From Catajapyx aquilonaris (lineage: Eukaryota): a stretch of DNA of 39,090 bases. Position 1 is the stretch's first letter; each line of letters starts with the position of its first letter. This document shows positions 10,715 through 22,733 of this stretch, piece by piece. The notes beneath the pieces were generated by a model. That model was not told where the DNA came from and ran no database searches. It saw nothing but the letters and a program-made list of their open reading frames with translations. Where the stretch lies: positions 62,001 through 101,090 of the forward strand of contig JYFJ02000923.1 of NCBI GenBank assembly GCA_000934665.2, given 5' to 3'. The position numbers were made by a program, and so were the translations under genes.

Positions 10715-13700
10715 CTAAATCAGCTTCACCATTGTAAGATTAAGAACACTGGGAATTTCAATATCCTCTAAGCAGACACTGGATGGCTTGAATGGTAGTG
10801 TAACCGCAAGTGAAGCAAAGTTTACATTCTCAAACACCTGGAAAGAATTGGAAAGTGTCGCGATAAAATGTCAAGTCAGAAGCACAAATGCAGAAATGTT
10901 ACCTCGTCAGGCTGCTGAACTTCGTTCATTCTACTTTCCTGACGTTTCTGGCCCACCTTGGAAATGAAGGACGGGTTACAGTGCTCCTCGCCTGTATCAA
11001 TCGGAGTGTATAGGCTAAGCAACTTGATGACCTGGAATATGTCACTAATATTATGCTGCATCATTTGAGTGTATTGCTCACATACTTGAGCAGTTGACAA
11101 TTTATCACACATGTCGCATATGCTCTGGATATCGTCATCTGTCTTCCTGGCTTGAAGAAGTTGAGTGGCTTGAATCAGCGGCTGGAAAGTGTCCTCCATC
11201 TGTAAATCAGTAAATAAGTAAATAAAATAAAAACGCTCCTTTTCAAAAATAGCGCTACAACACAAATTGCATTATCACCTGAAAATGATAATCTTTGCAC
11301 CATTGCTCCAGAAGTGACAAGTTGTATCGGATTTGCATGCCATTTGACCAGTTACATAGATGCTGACTCTGAAGCAGTGCATTAAGTCCCCAGGCGCATA
11401 TGAAATGAATTATCTGTGGTAAGAGCAACAAAAAGGATTCAAACAAATTGTTATTACAACTTCTAACATATTGAGGGCATCTAAAAGTGTTCATGGCAAA
11501 AGATAATTTATATCCACTTTTGACACTTTCCAGACATGAGCAAAAAACATGCAGCTCAACAATTGAATTGAGAATTTCATTACTCCTAAATTTAAACAGT
11601 CAATACATCAACATTTTTTGAGAAAATCATCAGCATTATTCACTCTGATGCTCATTATCTCAACCAGATTAAGTATAAAACCCAAGATAAAACCAGAATT
11701 AAAACTTTGTTGAGATTTTTTTTGCCTCAACCTCTTCAGATAAATGATTAATGACATGCCAGTTGGCATTTATTAAAAAGTCCTCACATGCAGAATACGG
11801 AATTGTGTGTAAAATTACATTTCCTGAAAGAAATCTGACCTTTGCAGTTGTTAAACAGTAATAAAATAACTGCGCAAAGTACATGGGGGTATCAGCTTAT
11901 GCTGGTAACAGGTTGCGAGGTATCAGTAGGTAACCACAGTTGGTAATAAATGAGCAATCAGTGCCAACGAGGTACTGTAATGTAGTGACTAGCTGTAACC
12001 CCCTGAAATCTGGAAATGCTGGCAATTGGTGTGTACTTGTTATGAAATTGGCTAGTACCACATGATGTGCCAGCCAGTCATAAGTTTTCAAATAGCCAAA
12101 ACCACATTTTTTGTCTTGTCTGAGGCATGCTGTGTCCCTAAATCAAGTGAATTACAGGGTGTTTCTTACTGTAGTAGGTCAATCCAAAGTCAGCATATTC
12201 GTTAGGCCAAAACAAGTCTAAAAGGTAGGAGGGAGAAATGTCCAGGGATGTCCTTAACCCTGTAATGCCCCTTGGGTCATATCTGGCACACCATTTAGTG
12301 CAATTTGGCACTTACAGGAAATATAAAAATTGCAAAAGTTGCTAAAATTGCACTAAATGGTGTGCCAGATATGACCCAGTGGGCATTACTTAGATAAGTA
12401 GGCATTACAGGGTTAATGAGGTAGATGACCAGAAACATTGGACAGTGGTTGCCTGGGGAGAAGGATATGAGCGGTGATAATCACATCTGTGAAAGGGCGG
12501 GTGACGTCACAAATCTCTACAGTCACGATTATCACGCTCATATCCTGCTCCTTAGGTAACCACTGGCCAATGTTTCTGGTCATCTACCTCATTAATGGTT
12601 GATCCCTGGACATTTCTCACCACTACAGTTTCAGCTTGTTTTGGTCAAGGAATATGATGACTTCAGGTTGACCTACTAGTAAGAAACACCCTGTATATCA
12701 CAGTTTGAACAAACCTGTCTAAACATTTGAGGAATGAGTTCCGCATCTACACCGTGATTGTTAATCATTCTCCATAATGCTGTCAGCTGATCCATGAGGG
12801 TTTGAAAGGCTCCCATGGTATCATCATTAGAATCTTGGGGAAAAGAAGTGCGTGGTCTATGCCTCTTGAAAAGACGATGAGAATAACCATGTATGGCTTC
12901 CTGCTCCAAAATCGCTGGAGAAATCAAAGGTACCAGTAGCTTCTGCATCAGCTTTATGACCCTCTGCAAATGAAAGAAACCTTTAGCCAGTAATATATCA
13001 TCATGTCATCAGATTGTTCACATCTTACGTACATCAGAATTTAGGTCACAATCATATAAGTAAAAATTTATCCTGCATTAGGTATACTACTGTGCCTGAC
13101 TGTATATTCAAACACAGAGCAGGGAAGAGGCACATAAGCACCCCCCACATTTGCATCTCATCCCTTATTTTTCCAACATGAATTACGAGCGTCTGACATT
13201 TGCACCGATACAAATTTGAAATCAGTTCTGTAACACACGGTATAATGTTTCACCTGGAATATCCACACAGCAATAGTATTCAGCACTTGACGGTGTTCGG
13301 AAAGGTCAAAGGTAGTCAAGCACTGCTCATTTTGTCTGGGAGAATTCTGGGTTTGGAACACCTGTAATTAATCCGTATTTAACTTTTAGTCCTTGAACAT
13401 ACAGTGACTACTTTGAATGTGTCTGTACCTTGTCTCCACTGTACTGCTTCAAGGTGTGAAGTAGTCTTAAGGTGTTAGACAGCCACATAACGGTAGTCTC
13501 CAGGTCACTAGACTTTTTGATCACTTTCTTCAGTGCATTAATGACGTTTTCAATTAGAAAGGTAAGCTTGGATTCATCCTTCACATAATCATCGTGTCTA
13601 ATGCACATGAATATTACATAGGCTGGCAATCCTGGAGGAAGCATGACGGCTACTTCTGGATTCAAATCTGTGAAAAAAGTGATTATTTAGCTGTAATTGC

Positions 13701-16060
13701 AATTATTCTTAAGTCATTCTTAAGTAAATAATGAGCAATTATCAAATTTACACGCTATTTCATTTCCACACAGCCAGTTTTTCTTGGCAAATGGATGTAT
13801 AGGCTATATTTTAAGAGATATTTTATACATTGTCAGGCTGTGCCGACTAACAACAACATAAATACACATCAGAAATAAACACGTTTTAATATAAGAGAAC
13901 CCTGCAACACATTCATAGCACTTGTCATATCCTCCTGAGACCTGGTGTTGTCATATGTCGACATCAGCAAAAGATTTTTTTGGCGCCAACCAGTGATGCC
14001 AACAGAACTGTAATCTGTTGGTATCCCATGGTTACAATCTGGCCTCAATAGCTGTAGCCACCTAGCGTCGAATATCTGGCTTGGGCCGCGAAAATTAAAT
14101 CGCGGACAAAATGGCGGATTCCGCTGCTGAAGCTAGGCGCTCATCTGATCAGTTTTATTTTTTTTACTCATATTTAGAATGCGATTTTCGCAATGCAGTG
14201 AATGTCCTGGGATTCGCAAGGAATGTGTCTTAGGAACTGCGAAAAGATGATTCTGTGACAATCTTTGTTGCTGTAGAGAACTGGTCATTTTCTTTTCTTC
14301 CTGAGACCAAATGTCCATTTAAATGGACATCCGAAAAATGGCATTTTTAGCTGAATGGGTGTGACTTTTCTTTACGTGCCTGTACCTATACACCCATAAG
14401 GAAGTGGGCTTTTCACTATGCAGTTCAGTTTCAAAATCTAGAATAGCAAGGTACCACTTTAGCGGGTAAGAAGGGAAGGAGCAAGCCCCATGCCTGGAGT
14501 GGTGGCGTTAAAAATAATTTCATTTATCTCTAATTGTCTTCTGAGGGGAATTGCTACCACGAATACCACAAATGAATTTTAAAAACATTGTTTGGAGGAT
14601 AGAGCACTATGTGAGTGATCCATTAAGTGGTATTTCAATTTTCAGCTTTCATCCGTTCTGCTTTTGTAGCACCAATTGGGTCCTAATGTTCTCATTGGTT
14701 GTTTGTCGCCATTTTTGTCGATATTTTAAAACTAAAATTTTTTTCTCGTTTCTTATTGGGAACATGTTCAGAAAATGCAATAGGAACTGACATTGCGTTA
14801 AAAAATTCGTCTCACGTCTCAGGAGGATATAACTACCAATATCACAAAACCATAGCCAATGCAGCAAGGGGTTAACCACTCGACTGTAAAGTGTATACAC
14901 TGGAGTACCAAATTCTAAGGAGTGCCAAGGAGTACCAAAGAGTAAGGTACCTAAGGAGTACAGTACCTGGGACTACCGATATGCAGCACCAAGAAGCAAT
15001 ACACCCCTGTCAATATAACAACAACTACAGTGTAAACTGCAAAACATTAGGCTACAAGAGCATCAGTGAAGCATCAATTTTTAATGCTCTTCTAATGCTG
15101 TTGTGCTTTTAGGAACATAAAAGCATCACAAGAGCATTAGAGGAGCATTAGAAGAGTATTAAAAATTGATGCTCAATGGGAGACTCGCCAGTGGTGTTCT
15201 TTTCATGATTTGCAAATTACAATGTACTATCGGATACAAATAGTTTTGGCCACTTTATCCTGATCTTGAAGCAACCCTTCGCTCAGACCCCACGTTCAAT
15301 AGATGAGGGTGTGTGACGGGTTCCTTCAAGGCCAGGATAAAGTGGCCAAAACTATTTGAACCCGATAGTACGCAACAGTTACGTAGTCACCAACAACACT
15401 AACCTTACACCACAAAACATTAGCATAATAAGCAACTTCACAAAAATTAACACCTGCATAATTTAATTACGAATCGTGTACATCATCATCATCATCAAAA
15501 AACTTCACCATTCATAAAAAATAATAAAGCCCATAAACCATCTGTCACAACTATTAAACAAAATTGCAACAACACAACTGGAAAACCCCATTCAAATATA
15601 TATCATTGATTCATTAGTGACTTGCATTTATATTATGTATAATTATATACATTATATTTATATTGTATATTCAGTTTTTCGACATTGACATTTGGTGGGC
15701 GATTGTAAATCCGCAATGTTTAGGAACAGGGACGATCTATTTTAAAATCTCTGAATGACCAATGCCGTACAGTTTCAGTAATATCCCGCAGACTATGCAT
15801 AGCGTCCATCCTTTCCCTTGTGACTTGACATATATGCCTCGTTATGCATATTGTAACAGGTTTATCAGTTTTAAAAGGACTATAAGATATATGAAGTTGT
15901 ATCCAGAAGCATTGGCAGCAGAAACCGTACCACGTTACACCAGCAACAACAGAATTGATTCACTCACCATATATTAAATTGTGAATCAAAAGCATCACGT
16001 TTTGCTTGCTGACCTTCAGCATTCCCATGTGTGATTTTTTTCCCTGCGTTGTCTGGAATT
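10715..16060 (-). CDS. MYO5: Myosin V globular tail / Dilute (DIL) cargo-binding domain, divergent myosin V (didum/MYO5)-like, 8 exons
   Basis: Exons 16060-15968, 13667-13429, 13361-13254, 12963-12715, 11413-11279, 11199-11086, 11031-10903, 10837-10715; all GT-AG, one continuous frame (1190 nt). Motifs: GML..LIHNLI, PGLPAYVIFMCIRH, WLSNTLRLLHTLKQYSGDK, QNEQCL..FDLSEHRQVL, GMQIRYNLS.LEQW, PLIQATQLLQARKTDDD, LYTP, PFKPSSVCLEDIEIPSVLNL. Confidence 0.93.
12155..12693. mobile_element. Fold-back Tc1/mariner-type MITE (TA TSD) in a myosin intron
   Basis: TA|CAGGGTGTTTCTTACT...AGTAAGAAACACCCTG|TA; the arms are imperfectly complementary along nearly the whole element. Confidence 0.85.
12258..12412. 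mobile_element. piggyBac-type MITE nested in the previous MITE
   Basis: TTAA|CCCTGTAATGCC...GGCATTACAGGG|TTAA; internal inverted repeat GGGTCATATCTGGCACACCATTTAGTGCAATTT. Confidence 0.85.
13931..14826. mobile_element. Non-autonomous DNA transposon with CCTCCTGAGAC termini and ATAT flanks
   Basis: ATAT|CCTCCTGAGAC...GTCTCAGGAGG|ATAT; internal end-like copy at ~14300-14330 (CCTGAGACCAAATGTCCATTTAAATGGACAT); same termini as the palindrome at 27831-27890. Confidence 0.7.
15070..15173. repeat. Short imperfect inverted repeat (MITE-like)
   Basis: AGCATCAATTTTTAATGCTCTTCTAATGCT versus AGCATTAGAAGAGTATTAAAAATTGATGCT. Confidence 0.7.
15225..15370. mobile_element. Palindromic Tc1-like MITE
   Basis: TACTATCGGATACAAATAGTTTTGGCCACTTTATCCTG...CAGGATAAAGTGGCCAAAACTATTTGAACCCGATAGTA; ~50-bp arms. 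Confidence 0.75.
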
Positions 16061-17823
16061 CTGAAATGCATGGACTGTATAGTCTACACTCTACACTATC
16101 GTGCCAGCCACAAGGCTGTATTTGCTGCAAAAGATAATATGCACAAAAGTACCTGCATTCATTTCTATCTTGATAATATCAGTTGCATTAAATGTCATAT
16201 TCTCATTTTTCCTAGGCGGTACGGGGCTGGCTACCAAGCGATCATAGTTGCCAGAAGATTTCACTAAGGTATGATAAAATTAAGTATTATTAGTACAGTG
16301 GTTATGCAGATAACAAAGAATATTTATATCCTTGTTTTCCCATTGATACATAGCTAACCGGCAAAGTAGGTTACTGCAAGTCTATTGCAGTAGGCCTAAT
16401 GCTGTTGTAGTACAGTATTAGCAATGGATCCACCACCGTTGTGTGCTCCCATTTCAAGGGTTCTGTGGCAATAGCCATCATACTGAGAGACTGACCGATC
16501 TGTTTCACTTGATTAACACACCAACCCATCAAGTAGTATTCCATTTTGTGTGTTGTAGAATGTGAGAATGAGTCAAGCCAAAATAATTATTGTATAGCCG
16601 TCTTGTGATCCATGGAGTTCCAAGTATCGTATTGGGATCATTTTAGTTAAATCGCAAATTTCAGTCGAAGTTAGTTGTAATTTTTTGTGTAGCTTTTTGC
16701 ATTCCGATCAGTTCCGATCCAGGTGCCCTATTATTCTCAGGTGGTCGAATATAGCAACTGATAGATAATTGGGCACCTCAATCGACGTGCAAAAATGCTG
16801 CACAAAAGAACCTTGATAAAAACTTCAAGATTTCCCGTAACTAAAAAAAAACCACCCCCCACATATTTCGAACACACTGTATGTGGGTCAATATTTGCTA
16901 AAGGGTCAAACAACAGCCAAACTGATGAGTATGGTAATGAATGTAGTTTTCCAACCATAATTGAAGGGCCCCATGGGAGAAGGGGGTAACTAACATTTTG
17001 GCAATTTTTGAGTTAGGCACGTTGAAGAAGGGGCTGCAGCATCGGATACACTTCCATATGCCCATTTGGATCACTTTCTGGTCCCTCACTTATACGACAA
17101 TTTTAATACATAATATGTATATAATCATCACATTGAAATAAGTCGTGCATATTTGAACACATGGCCCTGGAATGTCGGTGATACCGCAATGTAATGATCA
17201 AGGGTAATGATAATGACCCATCTGTTGCAATAATGGCAATTCTATAGGGGCGCAGCTTTCTTAAAACTATAGCAGTTTGCAAGTGTGTAAAATCATAAAT
17301 GTAGTAATTTTATTCCCTTATTGGGAAGGTGTGTGCTTACAACCTTAAACAAAAAGTAATGTTGTAATACACGCAAAAATTTAATTGGTCCCTACCGTAG
17401 TGACATAAAAATTCTACAAAATTTATCATGGAATATCGCTACATTACAGTGCATTTAAAACATTGAGAATGAAGAAAATAAATTATGATTGTAAATTAAC
17501 TTCATTACCATATTCAATTTGGCCTTTTCGCTTAACTGTTCATCAGCTTGGTTCCAAAAAATATATACCAATTGCGAACACTTTAGCTGGAACACTTGGT
17601 GGTACTGTACAATACACTACAAAAATTGGCACAGCCGCAGCCGTACAGTGCGTAGTACAAGTACATACGTGCCCTCAGTTCGTAGTATGCATTAATGCAC
17701 ATGGATTACTGGAGCCAGTAATCCGGACACATTTTACCCTTCCCCAATGATGGTGTCAACTTAGGATACGTATACTACAGTAGGCCTACCACCATAATAA
17801 TTGTCTTCTCCAGATGAACTCAC

Positions 17824-17953
17824 CATTGGTAAGGGTGACTGTAGATCGTTGAGAGTCGAAAGCTTGTAGGATGCCTTCGAATCGTATTTTGGACATATTG
17901 CATACTACTACGACCTTGCTTCCAATCCAGCACTGGGGAATCCCACTGTTCAT
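17824..17953 (-). CDS. LSM14: LSM14/Scd6/Trailer hitch-like N-terminal Lsm-domain exon (divergent, apparently isolated)
   Basis: MNSGIPQCWIGSKVVVVCNMSKIRFEGILQAFDSQRSTVTLTN(G)|gtgag aligns with the LSM14 start ([40 protein letters not shown]); phase-1 donor; no clear second LSM14 exon found. Confidence 0.7.
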
Positions 17954-18639
17954 TTGGGATGAATTCTCGACTGACTTACTCGGAAGCACTGCCAATACGA
18001 ACTGATATCAGTTAGAGCTAGGAATGGGTGCAGTTCCTAGTCAAATAGGTCACTCTGCATTCTCATTCTTTTCATACCCTTTTACATTTTACAAAACTGT
18101 CTTTATCGTCAAATTCCACTTTACAAAATGTGAGCGGAATATTTTATGCTACTACTGGCGAGTGCACCTAGTCCTTAGTTGCAAGTTACGTGAATGCGAC
18201 AACAGCATCCTGAGAGCAGCCAGTCATCAGATTATAATGTAAACCTTCGTAATCAATTAACACCCACCAATACGCGACAGGATAAGATGAAACGATGCTA
18301 TTCGAATCCGTCCACAAAATCCGCCAAATCTTCAGGCAGGGGATTGGCTCGATGGTAATTAACTCCGCCAGGTTGAACGTTTAGGATCGATTGCAGATAT
18401 ATAACCTAAAACCTGGGTTTGGAATATTGGGAAAAACTAGGACAGCGGCTTTTGCCATTAATCTGCCCGTAGGTATAGGCCCATCATCCCTAAGGGATGA
18501 AAGACGCACCTAAAGTGACCTCCTCAAAATGACCCTGTGATCCTTTTTTTGAGGGGGGCAGAGCCTCCTCAATGTTAATTTTTTAGACCGACGAAAGTTT
18601 TTTTGAAAACTGTCAGACAGTGTCGTCTTATTTTATGTT

Positions 18640-18930
18640 GATTGTGTACTTCTCACGTGCAACAATCTCATAGAGATGATGTCTCTGACCATGAACCAGT
18701 TTCCTGCCCCTTGATTCAGCCCCATGATATACATACCCCTGGTTTATAACATGCGGTAGTGTCTCGTTCGTCGCAGAACATCTGCGGCAGGTCTTCGGCT
18801 GATTGGGCTCCACGCAGAGGGAAGAGGTTTAGCCTGGCTCTGTGACTCTGAAAATGACCTTTCGACGTCACATGAAGCAACTGGCGGGATCGTACTTGAG
18901 AAGTGAAATGTCTTCTATTGCCATTCATCC
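18640..18930 (-). mobile_element. Relic of a restriction-like-endonuclease non-LTR retrotransposon (NeSL/Utopia/R2 group), CCHC region
   Basis: HRARLNLFPLRG followed, after a frameshift, by KTCRRCSATNETLPHVINQ, matching the family motif HRARLNL.PL...CRRC...ETLPHVLNHC. Confidence 0.7.
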
Positions 18931-19415
18931 ACCATGCCTAGAGCCTGTTCGCCCTTCACAGGTTGAAGTGGAAAGGATTCCTTGAACGAAAAACCCGTCC
19001 AACTCTCGAAAGTCTTACAGAAGGGTGTCAAAAAGGTCGACATAGGTGCAAAATATGCGCTAACAGGCAACTTAGGTCCCAATACCCAAAATAGGCAATT
19101 TTAGGTTCTATAAAACTACAATATTTTTGAGGTCCTTGTGTTATGAAACGGATAGATGTTTTGGTTCCCGTGTGCTGCCTACAGAATGAAAAGTAGATAA
19201 AAACCTAGAAATCCGTTCTCTAGAAATAACGTACAATTTAAGTTCCAAAATTGAAACATACGTACAAAAATATTCTCAGAAAAATACATTTTTTTTTTGA
19301 AAGTAGGCCTTACCTTGGGTCTTACCTCTGGCGTTCCCGCAAATATGGTAAGGCACCATTATTCCCCGGGGTCCATGTATTCGAGACTGCAAAGCTAAAA
19401 GTGAAGGGAACTCGG

Positions 19416-21300
19416 CAATCTCGCATGGAAGTGCAACATGTGGTAACATTTCCCATCTCTTGGGGACTGCCTCACAGTCGGGTGTCACCAATCGTGACCT
19501 ACTTCGGGAAAGAGCAGCGTTTCAAAAGGTGGGCTCTGATTTTTGAGGAGAAGCGGCGCACTAGCCTTTACCTTCAGTATTCTTTTCTCCCTGACTCTAA
19601 TATAAAAAGTGAAATAACATCTTATGCCTGGCATAAAAATGGACAAAACTACGAAAGTGAAGGTCGGGACACGCCTCGGACGTGACTTTTCACGTTTTGT
19701 GGCCTAAAGAAAAACTTGAAATAATTTTCTCATTACATATTTGTTATGTACCAGGTATTCCGCAAGTGACGCTCATTTCTTTGCATGTTATCTGGTTTTC
19801 AGATGTTATATTAAGCCCAGAAATTAGCTGGGACAAGAACTGCACGTTTTTTCACTATTTAACCATTTCCTAATACACATTCCTTGCGAATCCCAGGACA
19901 CTGACGAAAATCGCACTATAAATATGAGTAAAAAAAATAAAACTTGGCGGATGAGCTTCAGCAGTAGCATCCGCCATTTTCATGAGTGATTTAATATTCG
20001 CGGCACAGGTCAGATTTTCGACACTGCACTGGTGTACTGTGTACCGCAAAGGTAATGTCGCGACTGTTTATGTGTTTACCTGTTTATGTGTTGGCTATCC
20101 TGGGCGCTGCCAGGTTACGGATATGTTGATTTGGCGATGTTCCGGAATCCACAACACTGTGATCACCGGTCACGGTCGCGGTCCCTTGGTCGCACTGTCC
20201 CATGGTCGCACGGTCCGAGTCTCGGGAGGCGGGCGGGCGTGGGATTGGCTGGGAGTTGTCTGGTGAAGGCGAAACGGTGTTTATTCGGGGTGATGGGGGA
20301 AGGGAGGGGCGGATGAGGCAGTGGCCACAACACGGGGAACACTCCCCCGGGGCGTCAAGGCAAAACTAGACATAAATATAATGCACTTTTTCCAACCATT
20401 CAGGGGGGAAATAATATTTTCGTTTGATCTGCTGCCATGAGGGTTCAAGCAAGTGACCCTACCAACCACCAAAATATACGTTCCTATAATGAATTTTTCT
20501 CCTCTTTCTAGTACACTACGCCAATATTGTCTCTATACGTGCAAAAGGACAGGGGGTTCTAACGTGTTGGGCCGTTGGTTTTCTATGCTTGTCCGGTCGG
20601 GAACATGTACGAATCGTACGATCATCTCTGCTTGGAAAATCATACCAAATGTAGGCTTAGAAAAAATAGCGTGAATTAGTGGGGGATGGGGGGGGGGGGG
20701 GGGGGGGTCANGGGAGGTCAATACTTTTGATGTGCGAATGTGCTGTGTAGGATTGGGGCATTGCGAATGTGAAGTGAATGTTCAAATTTTTGAAATTGAA
20801 ATAAAGTCGTTGAATTCATAGTTCAAAGTTTAAAAACGATTGGTATTACTGCTATCGGACTACCGCCTTCGGCCATGAAAATTTTATGTCGCATTATGTG
20901 CTTCATTTAGCATTTTTTACCAATTTTTCCATAGTGGGACCTCCGTAAGGTTCGGCGTAATAAAATTAAACATGTCCGTCGGCGTATATTTTGGTGGTTG
21001 ATAAAAGGTCACTTGAACCCAGATGGCCGCAGATGAAACGAAAATATTATTTTTTCCCTGAAAAGTTGGAAAAAGTGCATTAAGGTAAGTGTAGGCTATA
21101 CTTCGGCACTGTCGATGTATTCGTCAACCGAGACTGGAAAGCTAAAAAACAAGAGAGCATGTCAATCTCGCATGGAAATATTACATCGGGTGGCATTTCC
21201 CATATCTTATTGGGTCCCCGCTCATTACCGGGTGGCACCATTGGTGACCTACTTCGTGAATTAGAAGCAGTTGCAAAAAGTCGGCTCTGGTTTTTGAGGG
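19416..21300. repeat. Complex non-coding repeat with internal direct and inverted duplications
   Basis: Diverged direct copies 19416-19548 and 21163-21299 (CAATCTCGCATGGAA...GTGACCTACTTCG...TTTTTGAGG); inverted copies 20381-20458 and 21007-21080. Confidence 0.55.
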
Positions 21301-22733
21301 GAAGAGTTTGTTTCGGGTTTTTTGAGCGGAAAAGGAAGTAAATGTTCTAAAATGTTCAAAGATGTCATTTTGGGGAAATCTTATGTAAAGAAAGTATTAC
21401 TGGGTTGAAGATTACTGAAACACAAAAAAATCGATGTTTCAACAATCGGCATGGATGTCGACTTCATGAGAACGGAATATTATTGACACGTACCAGTACC
21501 GCTTATAAAGAATGGTACAACGCTGTGGATGAACTGTTTATCCTCTTCCCAACCCCTGGATCGCCAGCATGTTTTTAACCCTTTGACTCTTGAGTTTTTT
21601 GGGCCGTTTTCTTCTCTTTTCGACCAAAATTTGTAGTAGGAGTGATATTAATGAAAAACAATATGCTCCAATATTTCTCATTTTAACTCGTGGCACCTGG
21701 TGTTCTTGAATGTAAAATGCCGAAAAAATTCACCTACAGGGCGTTCCAAAAAATATTTTTAAATGGAATTAAGTTAACTTTAAATGTAATTAAATTTTAA
21801 AGTCACTATAAAATTGTTATTACGGTTACATAATAATAAAAACATTGAACTATGAGGATTTCCTAAGCGTCCAGACTTATGGGACTTATGGGAAAAAACA
21901 ATTCGTCAGTGTGCGAGTGTTGCAGAATAATTTGAAGTGCAGCTTAACTTGTGATTAATCATAATTGTATTTATTCAGAATAAAGTCTAATTACTCTATT
22001 AGGTTATGTGAACTCGACACAATTTAAAACTGACCCTTCCCTGTTGTAAGGGTTTGACCCTGACCATCCTATCGGTGGTGGAACCCGGCCTTTCCCCAGC
22101 TTTCCCTCCCAGTAGTGGGAGCGGTACGCAAAAAAAACCGCATTTGATGATAGAAGCAAGCCACTTTGCACACTTGTTCCTAACACCATAAGGTTCAATT
22201 TGACCCGCAGTACTATAGTACCTACAAGACCTAGTATGCCAACCGGCCTATGCCTCCAATGGAAAGCTCGCCCCCCAAAAAAGTTGAAAATCCGCCAGGT
22301 GGCACTGCGATCGACAGGATTGCTACTCCCCTGCCTGCCGCTTATGGCGGGATGCATGGACGCGGGCAGTTTTATGCCTACAATTGCGGTTCATTGGTAT
22401 CGGATAATTATCATTATTTTTTGAGGTAGACTTTAAACCTTAACTAACAGTCCTGGCGTGTGTGAGAGAAACTATAAATGGGGCTTTCTGGATGACTTGC
22501 GTCACAAAATATATCTACACGGTTTTATATATTTTTCATTACTCATTTACAGCTCTTTCAGCCCCTTTCCTTTAATCTAGGTCATCGTCTCACCTTGACT
22601 GGCCGAGATCGGTAGGTATCGTAATGCCAGTAGATTGGCAGATAGTACATAATGAGTAGGAATTTTACTTGTTGGCAGACAATATTATTTTCATCACATA
22701 TGACGCAAGCATTATGGGGATCTGGTACATATA

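Noticed and set aside
19251..19685. 144-aa plus-strand ORF
   Set aside because: Lies in a duplicated non-coding repeat whose second copy does not keep the frame.
20680..20717. Long G-run with an N (possible G-quadruplex)
   Set aside because: Homopolymer with an ambiguous base; length unreliable.
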